Part shown: one piece after another, positions 25,663 to 37,959 of the stretch
Layout: each line of letters begins with the position of its first letter
How positions within the stretch are numbered: the first letter of the stretch is position 1
Assembly: GCA_965644295.1 (NCBI GenBank)
Contig: CBFFRP010000371.1
Span: 186,001 to 250,000 of the forward strand
Length of the DNA: 64,000 bases
Reading direction: 5' to 3'
Source: Paraphysomonas bandaiensis
Taxonomy: Eukaryota > Protista > Chrysophyceae
Translations under genes and position numbers: made by a program
The notes under the pieces: model-generated
The model's database searches: none
The model's input: only the letters and a program-made list of their open reading frames with translations
What the model was told of the DNA's origin: nothing

Positions 25663-26240
25663 CTAACACCTACACGCATACTCATACATAAGGCTCCTAT
25701 ACGACATCTCACACATGAGAGTGAAGTGAAGTGAAGTGAAGACGAAGTCTAGAAGTGTTTAAGGTGCAGCAGTGCACATCAGCGCATCTAACAACAGGCA
25801 GGACTGCTGTATACCAATCAACGTATATATACTCTACAAACGAGTGTGGGGTATACTGCATGTATTTGTGTGCTGTACAATGATCTAAATACTAGTACTC
25901 TGTACAATGTGTGTACAATAAGATATGTACGGAGTATGTTCAGCAGTATAGTATGTAACAAAATACAAGGTTTAGCACAAAACCTAGATATTTATTCTGC
26001 ACTCTATTAATCTTGTACAAATATGGGGATATTCTGCACCAAATATCCTCCAACTATCCTCCTGCACATACTGTATATATATACTATATACTATACACGT
26101 TGAGCTCAACATGTCCTGAGTAAGATTTGTAGAAGTTAATAGAAAGTGCTTCAGGTTACTATACTAACATCCAACTATATACATACAATGAAATATACAT
26201 ACACTTACATATCATTATATTCCAATACAAACAAAGAAAG

Positions 26241-27815
26241 ATGATAACAGATGATGACTGGATATCTACTACAGGAACTCTATCAGATGATGATGAGATT
26301 CATTCTTATTGGCTACAAACACTCTTACCAAATAAATCCAAAGATAAAATCAATCAATGGATTAAATACTTAAAAGATAATGAATTTGAGACTGTATCCG
26401 ATATGAAACATCTTGATGAGAAGGATTGGGAGTCACTCACTCTACCGCTAGCTGTTAAAGCTGTATTAAAGAGAGCTATAGCTCATAGTATGACTATTAC
26501 AGCATCCTCTACATCCTCTACAGACTGTATTCCACCAGTATCTCAGATTGATTGTGTGGTGATTGATATCAGTGCATCTATGCGTGCGAGATCCTCTGTT
26601 GATGTTGATAAATCGCGTGAAGATGTCAGCAAAATGCTGTTTCATACTCTTATTGATAAGCTTGTTGTCTTGGAGCTATATCATGCAGTGGGGCTACTTG
26701 CATTTGGTGAGAGTGTGGTTCCTATCGGAATTACACGTGACTACGAAAGATTTCATGATGAGTTAGGCAGATTGGATGCCAAACATGGTCGTACGAAGCT
26801 CTATGACTCAATATATGCTGCTGCTGATATGATTGTGCAGTATGAAGGGGCTCATTGCGATTCAACTGATGCTGCCGATGCCCCAGTGAAACGTGTGTTT
26901 GTTCTAACAGATGGGGAAGATAATGCGAGCAGTCAAGCACCCTGGCATGTAGCTCAGTATCTACAACAAAAAAATATTGTGCTTGATGCCATTCCACTTG
27001 CAGGTCACAATCGTATTCTACAGTCAATTTGCACGGCTTCTGGAGGGATTTGTTTTGATATTGTCTCACAGGAACAGGGTATAGAACTGTTTGAAAGGGA
27101 GGCTACACTTCACCTTGCATACCGCGAGGCAAATGTGGTCCCACCTCCTCTAATTGTAGATATCTCATCCCTTCGAGCACTAGAAACATCTGCTCCGCCT
27201 GTGACACAAATACGCTCGGCTCCTAGTGCTACACTTCTTGCTTCAACTTTGACCACTGAGCAAGCTCTTCAAGTTGCTCACTCGACAGTGGCAGATTCAA
27301 CCGCGCCGTCTCCCTCAGAAAACAACAACATGAAATCTGTCAGACGCCGAGTCATGAAGGAGTATTCTGAAATTATATCGAAACCCATAGAGGGATGGAC
27401 TGTATTTGTCAATGCCTCGAACTACTTTGGATGGAAAGCTGTTCTATCTGGTCTTTCGCACCCATACGACGGAGGTGTGTGGCTGTTGACGATTGATTTT
27501 CCTTCGAATTATCCATTCAAACCTCCTAGAGTAAGATTTTGCACTCCGGTGTATCATTGTAATATCAACAATGATGGAGACATCTGTCTGGATATACTAA
27601 AAGATTCCTGGACTCCCGCTCATAGTATATCAACAATTCTTCTGTCTGTGAAAAATTTGATGAAAGAATGCAACCCCATTGATCCTTTGGATGCTTATAA
27701 AGGTCAACTCTGCAGGGATAACTGGGAGTTATATGTGGAGGAGGCTAAGAGACACACAGCTGCACATGCAAGTGAACCATTGGAGGTACTGTCAACGCGA
27801 TATGGACTTTCTTAA
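26241..27815 (+). CDS. SAM-like + VWA + ubiquitin-conjugating (E2/UBC) domain protein
   Basis: MIDAS-type DISASM, TKLYDSI, FVLTDGEDNAS; UBC motif FPSNYPFKPPRVRFCTPVYHCNINNDGDICLDIL with the catalytic Cys. Confidence 0.92.
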   Translation: MITDDDWISTTGTLSDDDEIHSYWLQTLLPNKSKDKINQWIKYLKDNEFETVSDMKHLDEKDWESLTLPLAVKAVLKRAIAHSMTITASSTSSTDCIPPVSQIDCVVIDISASMRARSSVDVDKSREDVSKMLFHTLIDKLVVLELYHAVGLLAFGESVVPIGITRDYERFHDELGRLDAKHGRTKLYDSIYAAADMIVQYEGAHCDSTDAADAPVKRVFVLTDGEDNASSQAPWHVAQYLQQKNIVLDAIPLAGHNRILQSICTASGGICFDIVSQEQGIELFEREATLHLAYREANVVPPPLIVDISSLRALETSAPPVTQIRSAPSATLLASTLTTEQALQVAHSTVADSTAPSPSENNNMKSVRRRVMKEYSEIISKPIEGWTVFVNASNYFGWKAVLSGLSHPYDGGVWLLTIDFPSNYPFKPPRVRFCTPVYHCNINNDGDICLDILKDSWTPAHSISTILLSVKNLMKECNPIDPLDAYKGQLCRDNWELYVEEAKRHTAAHASEPLEVLSTRYGLS

Positions 27816-28349
27816 TATATTCGTGTGTTCTTGAAAAAGTTTCATGGTGACAGAAACAACTTATGATAATAATATAATTTGACAATTCAGTAGTGCACTA
27901 TATACTTAAAAACGACATATCATCTTTCACATTTCGCAAATAAAATTGTTGTCGGTCAACTTACCTCGTCAGGATACGACCTCTATGCTCTAATCTGATA
28001 TGCTCTCAGAACATGAGAAGTTTCTGAGATACTATGTCGTGTTGCTGCACTGTACTCTGTATAAATGACAACAATAGTTCTGAATTCTGAGCCGCTGTAA
28101 ATTTATATTGAACCTAGAAGTGAGCACACACAACAAGAGATTAACATGAAGTGCTGATTGTTATCTCAAGTCATATGCATTTTAACAAATTTGTAAAGCT
28201 AGTAGGTGAGGAAATTTTTTTATTGAGAATACCGTGCATGCTGAAAGCATTATTACAGACATAGTAATAGTTACGTAAAGCCTATGCGTATGCATGTACA
28301 TTCATTACTTGACAAATACACGAATGCACTTCTCCAACATATAATACTG

Positions 28350-30107
28350 CTATACAGTAGTTATATCGTTTATATTGTTGCTAGGTTGTTTCATATTTCT
28401 GGATACTTCTGGTGGTTGACTGCACGCCAGATGAAATGCTTGGACCCAATTTTCAAGTTCAGATAAAGTATCTACTCTAAACTCCCACGTCCTTCTGCCG
28501 TCATCAGGATCTTGTGGCTGCATAAGAAGTATATTAAGACATATCGTAATATTTATCGTAAACATACTGTCAAATTTATTTGCAATATGCCCTTGTCTCC
28601 TTCGAATGCTTCTACTCTATACCTGCATTACATTTTACGAAATGTTACAGTAAACTACGAAACACAACTCATTTACCCTGCTATGCTGATCGGTCTATTT
28701 TTTATCGATTTTTTGGGGGCACTTTCAAAATGCTCTCTCGAGTCGTAGTAATACAGAAATGTTGTATGTAATACAAAGTATTTACGACTGTACAGTGGTT
28801 TAAAAATGCCTGTTCGTTGATTTCTCTTTGTGAGATATCCCTCCATAAACAAGTCATCAACGTCTTCCTCCATTTCACCATTTGATTCTTCACTACTCGA
28901 ATCATCGCTATTTATGCCATATATACATTATTTGTTTGAAAACATATACTTGTTCATCCATAGTACATTCATGCCAGAATAGTATATAGCATAGAGCACG
29001 GAATCGCACCTACTATCTTGATTTCTGTTGACTATTTTATAAAAGAAATTTCCACCACGTCTTTGCTCTTTATTGTTACGTTCCTGCTCCATAGCCTCCT
29101 TCTCTTCCTTATCATGCTGATATTTTATAGCTGCGACGAGGTCCTTCGTCATAATTCCCGACCTGTCAGCACTATTGAAACTCTGACTTTCGTACAGTGC
29201 CCGTCTAGACACCAGGTCCACACTATCACGGCTCCATACATGTACTTCGTCCAACTATGTATATACAAATTAGCAAGTACTTATTAACCGATGCAATTAA
29301 TCTCTGGAAAATTCATAAGTTATTAACCTCAACTCAATATACTCACACAACATGTAATGTGACCTACCCTGAACCTTTCATAAACTCGGAAACACGCCTT
29401 GTACCAATAGTAAAGACCCAGCGCAAATATTCCAGCACAAGCCCAAGCAGCATGCGCACTCATAAGCACAAAGCATATACCGAGTGCTGAGCACTGGAAA
29501 GCGAGTAGAGAAAGGATGAAAGAGAGGAAGATTGGATTGGTTTCCTTGACCATACCCTGGACAGCTTTGACAACTGACCTAAAATTATATGTAGAGGGAA
29601 TAACTACATATTTTGAATAGCTTCAACGAGTAGTTAATATACATACCCAGCTTGTCCACGCAATACCATCCCCGGTCCATAGATATCCACAAATGTAGAC
29701 GTCAATACCGCATGCAAACTGAAGACCATAACTAAAGCTGATGCAACCCAATACACATCTTTCCACCAGTAAGGAGATTCAGAATCTAATGCATCAACAT
29801 TTGTTAGTGCTTGCACAGTGAATCCAGCAAAGAGGGCGCCCTGTGTCCCAAACCTATACATATACCATAATGTTTAGTAACATACATACATATATATATA
29901 TATGATCAATCAGACTTACGCGCTGAATATCTTAATTAAATAATTGACTTCTTCTTGTCTAATTTCAAGGAGCTGTTGATTAGCCTAATTCAATTAGTAG
30001 TATTAATTATATGATAGCTTACATATATGTATGTATATGCATATGTATGTATGTATATGTTATACACTGACCTGTTGAATAAGAGCAGACTGCTCCGCTC
30101 GTAACAT
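28350..30107 (-). CDS. Orai-like 4-TM membrane protein fused to a C-terminal PH domain (multi-exon)
   Basis: In-frame splices ERFR|LDEVH and QDS|SDDSS link the TM exons (GTQGALFAGFTVQAL) to the PH exons (EGYLTKRN...RKYFVL, WEFRVDTLSELENWVQAF). Confidence 0.7.
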
Positions 30108-30595
30108 GCTACCCTGATAAAGATTACAGGATGTTCAAAGGAGTGTTGATAGATCAATAACTTGAAACCATGAATAGTACTATGGTTTTATATATATATG
30201 ATTGCACTGTAATCATACACACAGCATTCACTCTGTCCACTTAACGTCTTTTGCTGTATTATCAGTGTCGTACGGGTTTTTAACCATCGAAAACAAGGGA
30301 ATTTAGAAATTTGTATTCAAAAAACCCTTGAAAAAATATGTAATTGTGCAGTAGGCTATTGGCGTATGCGTCGCGTTGTTGTGTAGGTGTACAGCAGTGT
30401 ACATATAGAGTATGTACATGACAAACGGATGTATGGGTTAATATGAACGGGTTACATGAAGGGGGGTTATATTAGTGGCTTCTGCTGAATGTTTGGAGCA
30501 ATTTGCACCGCTAATAAGATGCCAACACTCAAAAGGAAACCTTTCACAATACATATATACTCAACACACTTGCCATTAATAGACACTTTATAAAT

Positions 30596-31072
30596 ATGGA
30601 TAACGAATTCTCAGCCGTACAGATGCGTCTCCAAAGCGCAGTGGATTCAATGATTCAAAACATCAGTAAGAATCATATTAGGCCAATGCAGAAGCAAGGC
30701 TATCTCTGCAGTGCCAAATGTTTTGAAAACAACAATATATCTGATCAGCAATTAGAACATTGCATTCAAAGTTGTGGACATAAAGTTCAATCATGCAGTG
30801 CAGCTGTCCAGAATGAAATGAATAATTTTCAAGCAAGACTGCAGAGATGCTCTCAAGTATGCCAGGTAATATATGCAAATTGGTCTGTTCTCCAGTAATT
30901 ATATTACTAGGATGAAGCTAATGATTTTGTGACTCCTGAGATGCAATCTAACCCATCTAAGATGGAAGCTGTGCAGAAAAAACTGTACAAATGCGCCCAA
31001 GGTTGTGCCGATAAACACATTGCTATGTTGCCATCAATTGAGGCCAAAATTGTTAATGAAATCAAGAAATAA
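30596..31072 (+). CDS. FAM136A: FAM136A-like (DUF842) protein, 2 exons
   Basis: IRPMQKQGYLCSAKCF...CIQSC...EMNNFQARLQRCSQVCQ|DEA...CAQGCADKHIAMLPSI; paired CX3C motifs. Confidence 0.88.
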
Positions 31073-32212
31073 GTATGTAGCTGTGTATAATTTCTTGGAG
31101 CTAGTTCACATCATTCTTATCCTTCTGCAGTGAAAACTGTACACTTTCTCAGTTCTTGATGACAGTTTTTCGTCTCATTAATAAATACTGATACTTCCTG
31201 TGTAGTACATCTTTTAGTTTGAATACCTCACTTCTAAAATATACAGTTGTGGTAATACCAGCAGTAGTGATAACAGTGCAGTGCCCTATAACCAGTGCTC
31301 TGCTTCACTTCACAATTACGTGAAGTTACGATTATGAGGAAAACGGCGACATACGGATTAAGGTGCTAATACTTAAGCAATATTACTATTGCAATAATAT
31401 TCTTGGGCTGGATACAAAATCATTGCTAATTGTATATTTGTGCGCTAGCTGCTCCGTCGCCTTGCAAAGACATACTTGGGATCTTGGGATATCACCGTCA
31501 ACATCCACAGTGAACAAATTCACTATATAGAATATAGAGATAAATCTGTACTAGTACAGAATGTACAGTATATATTTCTCTACTTATAAGTTACTGCTTT
31601 GATGTCCAATCCTCATCATGCTATTCTCATGCAAGTTATTTTCGATGATTCATAACAAAAGCATAAATATAGAGCACGCTGTGTTAACATGGGAACCAAT
31701 TTACTAAACAAGTGAAGTTAGAAACGAAATTCTTGAATATGAAGATGTGATTAGAGTATGCACGTATGCACAAACGTTGATGATCACAGTCTACACTGTC
31801 TCATTCCGAGATTGTACGTTAGTGTAGAGTTACTTAATCTAAGCAAATACACAAATCCTTATTAAGCCCCAGCGTACTCTTTGTATGGGAGACTAAGTAA
31901 GCTCCAGCTAACTCTACACAACACTTGCGTGGTCCATACCTTGGTATTTCTACATAGTATTAATGTACAAAACAACCTGGAGTGGAGCTTGTACCACAGA
32001 AATAGAGTGAATCATCCCGATTCAAAACTAGCTATCATTTCTGTCAACAGGACCGTTTATTAACGATACTTTACAATCCTCAACAAATCCTGCGCTCTTT
32101 ATTGATGAGGTGACAAAGTAAATGGTAGAATTGTTACTTTAGTTACCTTTTCCATTTTAGTCGTTGTTTATGAGCAACAGACCAGACGGATAGGCAGGCA
32201 AAAAGTCTGAAT

Positions 32213-32470
32213 TGCCCCATACTGACAGCGTAACTAATCACTGCGTGCGCCCCCCCCAGTGGGTGCTGCTGAGTGTTGCGACCGCGCACTTTTATCTATG
32301 TACACATTGCTAAGTTCAGCGGTTCCCCACTCTGGGTTCTCACTGCATATTCAGCGCTGAATACCGTGTGATAATGATGTAGCTAGTTGGGTTCAGTAGG
32401 TAGCTAGCAAATAACGTATGGGACTTAAATCAAGTATGAGTTAGGTACCCACCCGGCCCCCACCCGGCTC
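32213..32470 (+). mobile_element. ~285-bp MITE, right-truncated copy followed by CCCTAA-like repeats
   Basis: Near-identical to 36468-36727. Confidence 0.85.
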
Positions 32471-32941
32471 TAACCCTGCTAACCCTAACTTTTAATGTCA
32501 TATGGTATAGCTACTCTTGTATATCAGCACCCTTAAAGGTATCGTCCATGTTTGGACCCCTCCACACAACTGTATTACTGCTTAGAATACATTGCAGTAT
32601 AATCTCCATGTATATACGTATATATACGTACTCTGTAGTCGTGTAGACTGTATAAAGAGCAACGGGGGTATTCTGTCCGTATACGATCTGTGACGTCCGT
32701 TAGCGATTTGGCAGAATACCGTATTTTTCTCTGCCTACGGAGCACTGATGTTTCACTCAACATCTCATTTTTCGGAAATAAATTGAAGCAAGTATACTCG
32801 ATATTAATGATATACAATTACGGCTGGAATACAGACAATTATTGTCTCAATATTAGAGGCATCTTGGAACAAAAATATACAAAGGATGCCGATAACGCGA
32901 GTGCACCCTTAAAGTCACATCTAATCGACTATGCTAATATT

Positions 32942-34991
32942 ATGGAATCAACTAGCAACTTAAAATTGACTCCAAAACAAAAGAAAAGAAATCAGCAACG
33001 AGCAAATGCTAAATTGAAACATCATCAAGTAAAATCCTTTTACGTTGGAGGTCCGATAGATGTAGCAACACACTATTCAATCAGTCGTGTTGATGTTTGT
33101 AATGATATCGCTCGGAAACTGGAAGATGGGTCCTACATTTTGCTTCATGCCCATCGTCAGGCAGGTAAAAGTAGTTTGATTGCGCCCATCGTGTCGTTAT
33201 TGCAAGACAATGGCTTTCTACCAATAAGTGTGTCATTGCAAGGTATCGATGAAACGTCGTTTTGGGAGTCTCTATATTCTAGAATGCATGCAGTTTGTTC
33301 CACAAAGGTCAATACACCTTTTTCGACAAGCGATGGTTTCTTGAAAACATTCGAGACACCGAATTTCAACAGACGAGTTATACTTTTAATGGATGAGTTT
33401 GACATGATACTATCACTTTCAAGTAAACGTAATGAAATTCTGTCTACTTTTCGCACGTTTAAGACTGTAAATGCAAGTGATGCGAGTAAACCGTACGCCA
33501 TCTGTGGAATTCTGGGAATTGGTGTGTTTCATATCACAGAATTAGCGCTTCCGGAAAATACTAATACGTCTTCACCATTCAACATATCACAGTGCATTCG
33601 CCTCGAGCAGCCTACACTTGCAGATGTAAGAATGATGTTTGAAGAGTATGGGGCTCAACTTTCTAAAGATATAAGGGAATATTGCGATGATATATATGGG
33701 CGCACTCATGGGCATCCAGGGTTGACGTCACTACTCGGTCGAATACTCGAGGAGTGGGTGCATAGGAATGGCGTAAATTCCATTACGATTGGCGGTTGGG
33801 TGGCGCATATGTGCGGGAGTCTTGTCTACGGTGAGTTGGCCCAGTCGTCAGTAGTTGAATGTGTCAAGGCCAGTTTGTTGCGTGTTGGGAAACACGTCGA
33901 ACTTGCGAGGGAAATTACCCGCACGCTTCTGAGTGGGGACTCGATTTCTGATCCTTCCTGTCTATCCGAAGATCACTTCAAAGCTGTGAATTATATGGAA
34001 ACAGAAGGTATAATTGTTCGTGTGAGTATTGGCTCGGAACAGACGATACGCTTCGCAGCTCCCCTGCTACGATTGGCTTTATATTCGACTTTCGTGACGC
34101 ATATTTGCTCGATACCCACGGGAGTATCATTATCGATTACTCTACTTGGTTCTCACACTCGAGAACTCCATATGCTCAATACGCTAATGCAGTGCGTGCC
34201 TTTTTTTTGACAGAAAATCACTGTTTCACGAGACAAGCTTAAGAAAAGATGGAACTCCGTTTGAATTTGCTTACCACTTTCAGTTATATGGTATTTTGCT
34301 GCAGATGGCTGTTAAAATCAATTGGCGAGTGACAAGTGAGGCACGAAATGCATGTGCGGGGTTTCGAAAACGAATGAATATTTTTGTTTCTAACAACGGC
34401 AGTAGATACGGCTATGAATTGGTTGCTAATTCGTCGAGGGATAGGCTCGTAGCGCACTACAAAGACCAAGCAGTTGTTTACAGGACGGCACTCAACCTTT
34501 CTAAGGTATTTGTTGTCAATTTTATATCCGAATTACCAGAGGACCGGCCTGATTGGTGGCATATTGAGAATGACCCACTTGTGAGTGTTGTGCACGTTTA
34601 CATTCCACGACCTGAGAAGGGCAACGACATTTTCATATTTCACTCAAAGGACAAAAAAGAAATCATCAGCATATCTGCAGACAATGCTCAATCTCAAAGC
34701 ACTGTATTGGACCTCCCCATGACGCAGCTCTCATTAGCACTAACTCCGAACAGTGAAAATTGCGCCGACTCCAACGCCATAGAAACAGTGTGGATGATCC
34801 TGCAAGATGAGAAGTGTTTTCATGAAAATGATAGATCTGGTTTTCAAGCGTTTGCTGACAAGGAAGGTTTGAGATCTGCTGATTATTTGAAGTACCTTGA
34901 GGATAGTGATCATATAAAAATAGGACATTTTCTGAAACGCTTACCAGGAAAAAAATACTTTGAGCTACTAGGTGTTGGAAATCAGACATAA
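32942..34991 (+). CDS. P-loop NTPase + PD-(D/E)xK-like nuclease domain protein (Crinkler-type NTPase/REase layout), frameshifted at T8 (34201-34208)
   Basis: Walker A HAHRQAGKSS; Walker B ILLMDEFD; GRTHGHPGL. Removing one T fuses the ORFs (VPFFDRKSLF...EFAYHFQLY...SEAR...RMNIFV...GYELVA). Confidence 0.7.
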
Positions 34992-35181
34992 TAATTAATA
35001 CCAGTAGCAAGTAATAATAATATAGCAAGTAATACCTAAAGGGTATACCGGCTTAACCAGCTTGCCAGCTACTTTAGAATAGAACTACCGGCTTAAACTA
35101 TTTAAGGAAACTATAAGAAGATAGCTACTAATAATATAATGGAACATTGTCATTAATTTGAATAAAGAATTAATCTTCTAC

Positions 35182-36032
35182 TATTGCAAATCTGATTATT
35201 AAGAAGCGCAAGCTTGTGCGTTGCCGCGACGAACCTAACAACTCGCGCGACACTAAACATAACATAACTCTCATCTAGTTAGTACTGCATGCACCGACAA
35301 GTGCTCAACTATACAACACGATTTAGTTAGCTACATGGACATACGACGAGTTGCGTGTTTCAGCCGGATCATACGCTCCTGCCCAATCTACTTGTCCTAA
35401 CACAAACAACTTGCGGTCGGTGTCTTCGGCATATATCTCCTGTATATGCGGCAGATCTTCAAGGTGGTGTCCACAGCAGCAGGTAGTCTGGAGGGGAGAA
35501 TAGAGTAGCTCTAAATGTACCTATTATTGAAAGTCTTTTATTTAGCAATAGGCGTTAAAAGCCTGCCACCGATTTAGTAGCTAGATGAATGCTAGTCAAC
35601 CTAGTTAGACCTCTACCCGTAACTAATCAGTACAAACTCTATTATCCTACTATTTAACGCTACGAAAGCTGCTTGTGCGTCGCCGCAACCACCAAGGTGC
35701 AACCACTTCCGTTCTGAGTCCTTAAGGTGAACTTCCCGGATGCTTGACTTCAGCAGGCAGCCCAATACCCCGGTTACCCTTGAGGTGGGCCCTGTCCCGG
35801 ATGCCCTTGTGGTGGGCCCATTTCCGGATGCCTGTTTATTTGTCAGGGCCCAAAGACGTCTACACAAGTTACACTTATTGGTGTCCCTTGTACCACACAA
35901 GCATTCGGCTATGAGTAGGCAGAACAATATCTGCTGTCTATTTGCGGCTCACGTTAGTTTCCCAGAGAGAATATCTCCGGTACTTATCCCCCAGAACACC
36001 ACGAAAAGGTGCGAGTCCGACTTTGTTGAGGG
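35182..36032 (-). mobile_element. Ribozyme-headed retroposon: short form (35522-36032) followed by the 3' ~330 bp of the long form
   Basis: 35182-35512 is the reverse complement of ~47725-48064. Confidence 0.85.
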
Positions 36033-36467
36033 AATAAAATTAGATAGACCCAATTATTATGTATGTATACACAATTGTGTGTAGACAAGTACAACATCTT
36101 ATTATCAACAACAACACAATTATAAGTATAACCACTGATCCGTACCTTGAACCCTAATGATACTTCCGTTTATCAGCTATATAGCTATAACCGTTAATGG
36201 TTATGTCATTATAATTTCCGGGACATTTTTTATAATGGCATTACAATACCGGGAACTGCCCACCCATTACTAATAACGTACTGGTACTTGATATATATAA
36301 TATGCTAAAAAAAGAATTAAGCCTATTTAATAAATATAGATAAACTCTAAACAATGTTCATGCAACTCTACGGCTACTTTTTGTGGAAACTTATTAGTGC
36401 ATTATCAGCGTCAAACTTATTGCTATTAGTGCTAGAAAATACGTCTGTGAGCAACAACATACTCGAC

Positions 36468-36753
36468 TGCCCCATACTGACAGTGTAACTAATCACTGCG
36501 TGCGGCCCCCCCAGTGAGTGCTGCTGAGTGTTGCGACCGCGCACTTCTATCTATGTACACATTGCTAAGTTCAGCGGTTCCCCACTCTGGGTTCTCACTG
36601 CATATTCAGCGCTGAATACCGTGTGATAATGATGTAGCTAGTTGGGTTCAGTAGGTAGCTAGCAAATAACGTATGGGACTTAAATCAAGTATGAGTTAGG
36701 TACCCACCCGGCCCCCACCCGGCTCTACCTAAGTACGCGCTCAGAATGGGGCA
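36468..36753 (+). mobile_element. MITE, complete 286-bp copy with imperfect ~25-bp TIRs TGCCCCAT...ATGGGGCA
   Basis: Four copies in the window; TIRs visible. Confidence 0.85.
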
Positions 36754-37959
36754 TGAATTGAAGGCTAGAGAACAAATTTATTGTAGAAAGCTCACGACAC
36801 AGTACACGAACTACTACCATGTAAATGATAATGCATAAGACAATGCATCATATGTCTAGTGTGATGCCGTTAAGTCATATATATATATATATCTGGTTCA
36901 GATAAGCATTCTAAGAAGTAGTCTCCATTAACAGCTTGCTCCAGCTCTTTAATAGTCTAAGATAAAATATGATACGAGCAATAGATATGCATACATCTCC
37001 ATATAGACGAGTGCACTATTGCTTTGATATATGCATGATACACGGCAGCTAGACACGGAGAATTTTCCCCACAGTTTATTGCTTTTTGTTCATCAAAACT
37101 CCTATTTTTTTTGGTCTCTAGAAACTGAAGATGTCCGCATAAGATTCGAATAATTTTCTTTTCTTGTCGTTTTTTTTGAATTTTTTTTTTGTGTTTTTTG
37201 TACAATCAAAGAAAATGTGAAACGCAACATATACATGAAAAATTATTTAGCCCGCACCGCAGGTGCGGGATCCCGCACCCTTGTTTTTACACAAAGGCCG
37301 CACAGCAAGTGCGCCCATCGAGTGATCCAATCAGCAGAGTGCATCATAGCATAGTGCATCATATCACATGCATCGAGTATATGTATATAGTAATATGACG
37401 AGGCAGCCATATGCAGCAGATACACGTTAATGAGTGCTTGAATGATAGGTGATAACATGTTGCTACCATCTTATTTCATGAAACTGTGAGATGAGATATG
37501 CAGTTACTGGACGAGGTTTATAAGGCTGTATGGAGAGGAACTGTGAAGGGCTGTATATTATGGTATGAAGTGATATGATATGGATATCAATGATTGAATT
37601 CCAGGTGGGAGCATCATGCTCCCATCATCCTATTTAAAGTGTCAGGTATGCAGAGAGATGAGAAGTGGTACATTTGAAGGAATAGAAGGCTGTATATCAT
37701 GCATGCACTATGTTGTGTGATGGTATATGAGATGCTGAATGTTGTCATGGTTTATTATGCTGTTGTAGGCGCAATGACGTTTATACTTACCGGTGCAAGA
37801 GGGATGCCTAAGCGACACAAGCGCCCGGCTGCCCCTGTACCATCTTGCAGTGAATATGTGTCATGTTGTGTAAGGGTATGCAGTATGGCTGTATGTGATA
37901 AGAATTCTGAACGGTGTGGAATAATAAAATGCTGAAGGCTGTGATGGTTTATTATGCTG

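Noticed and set aside
36735-36753. MITE end GAATGGGGCA resembling the HDV ribozyme 3' end
   Set aside because: Explained as the right TIR; no P3/L3 module found.
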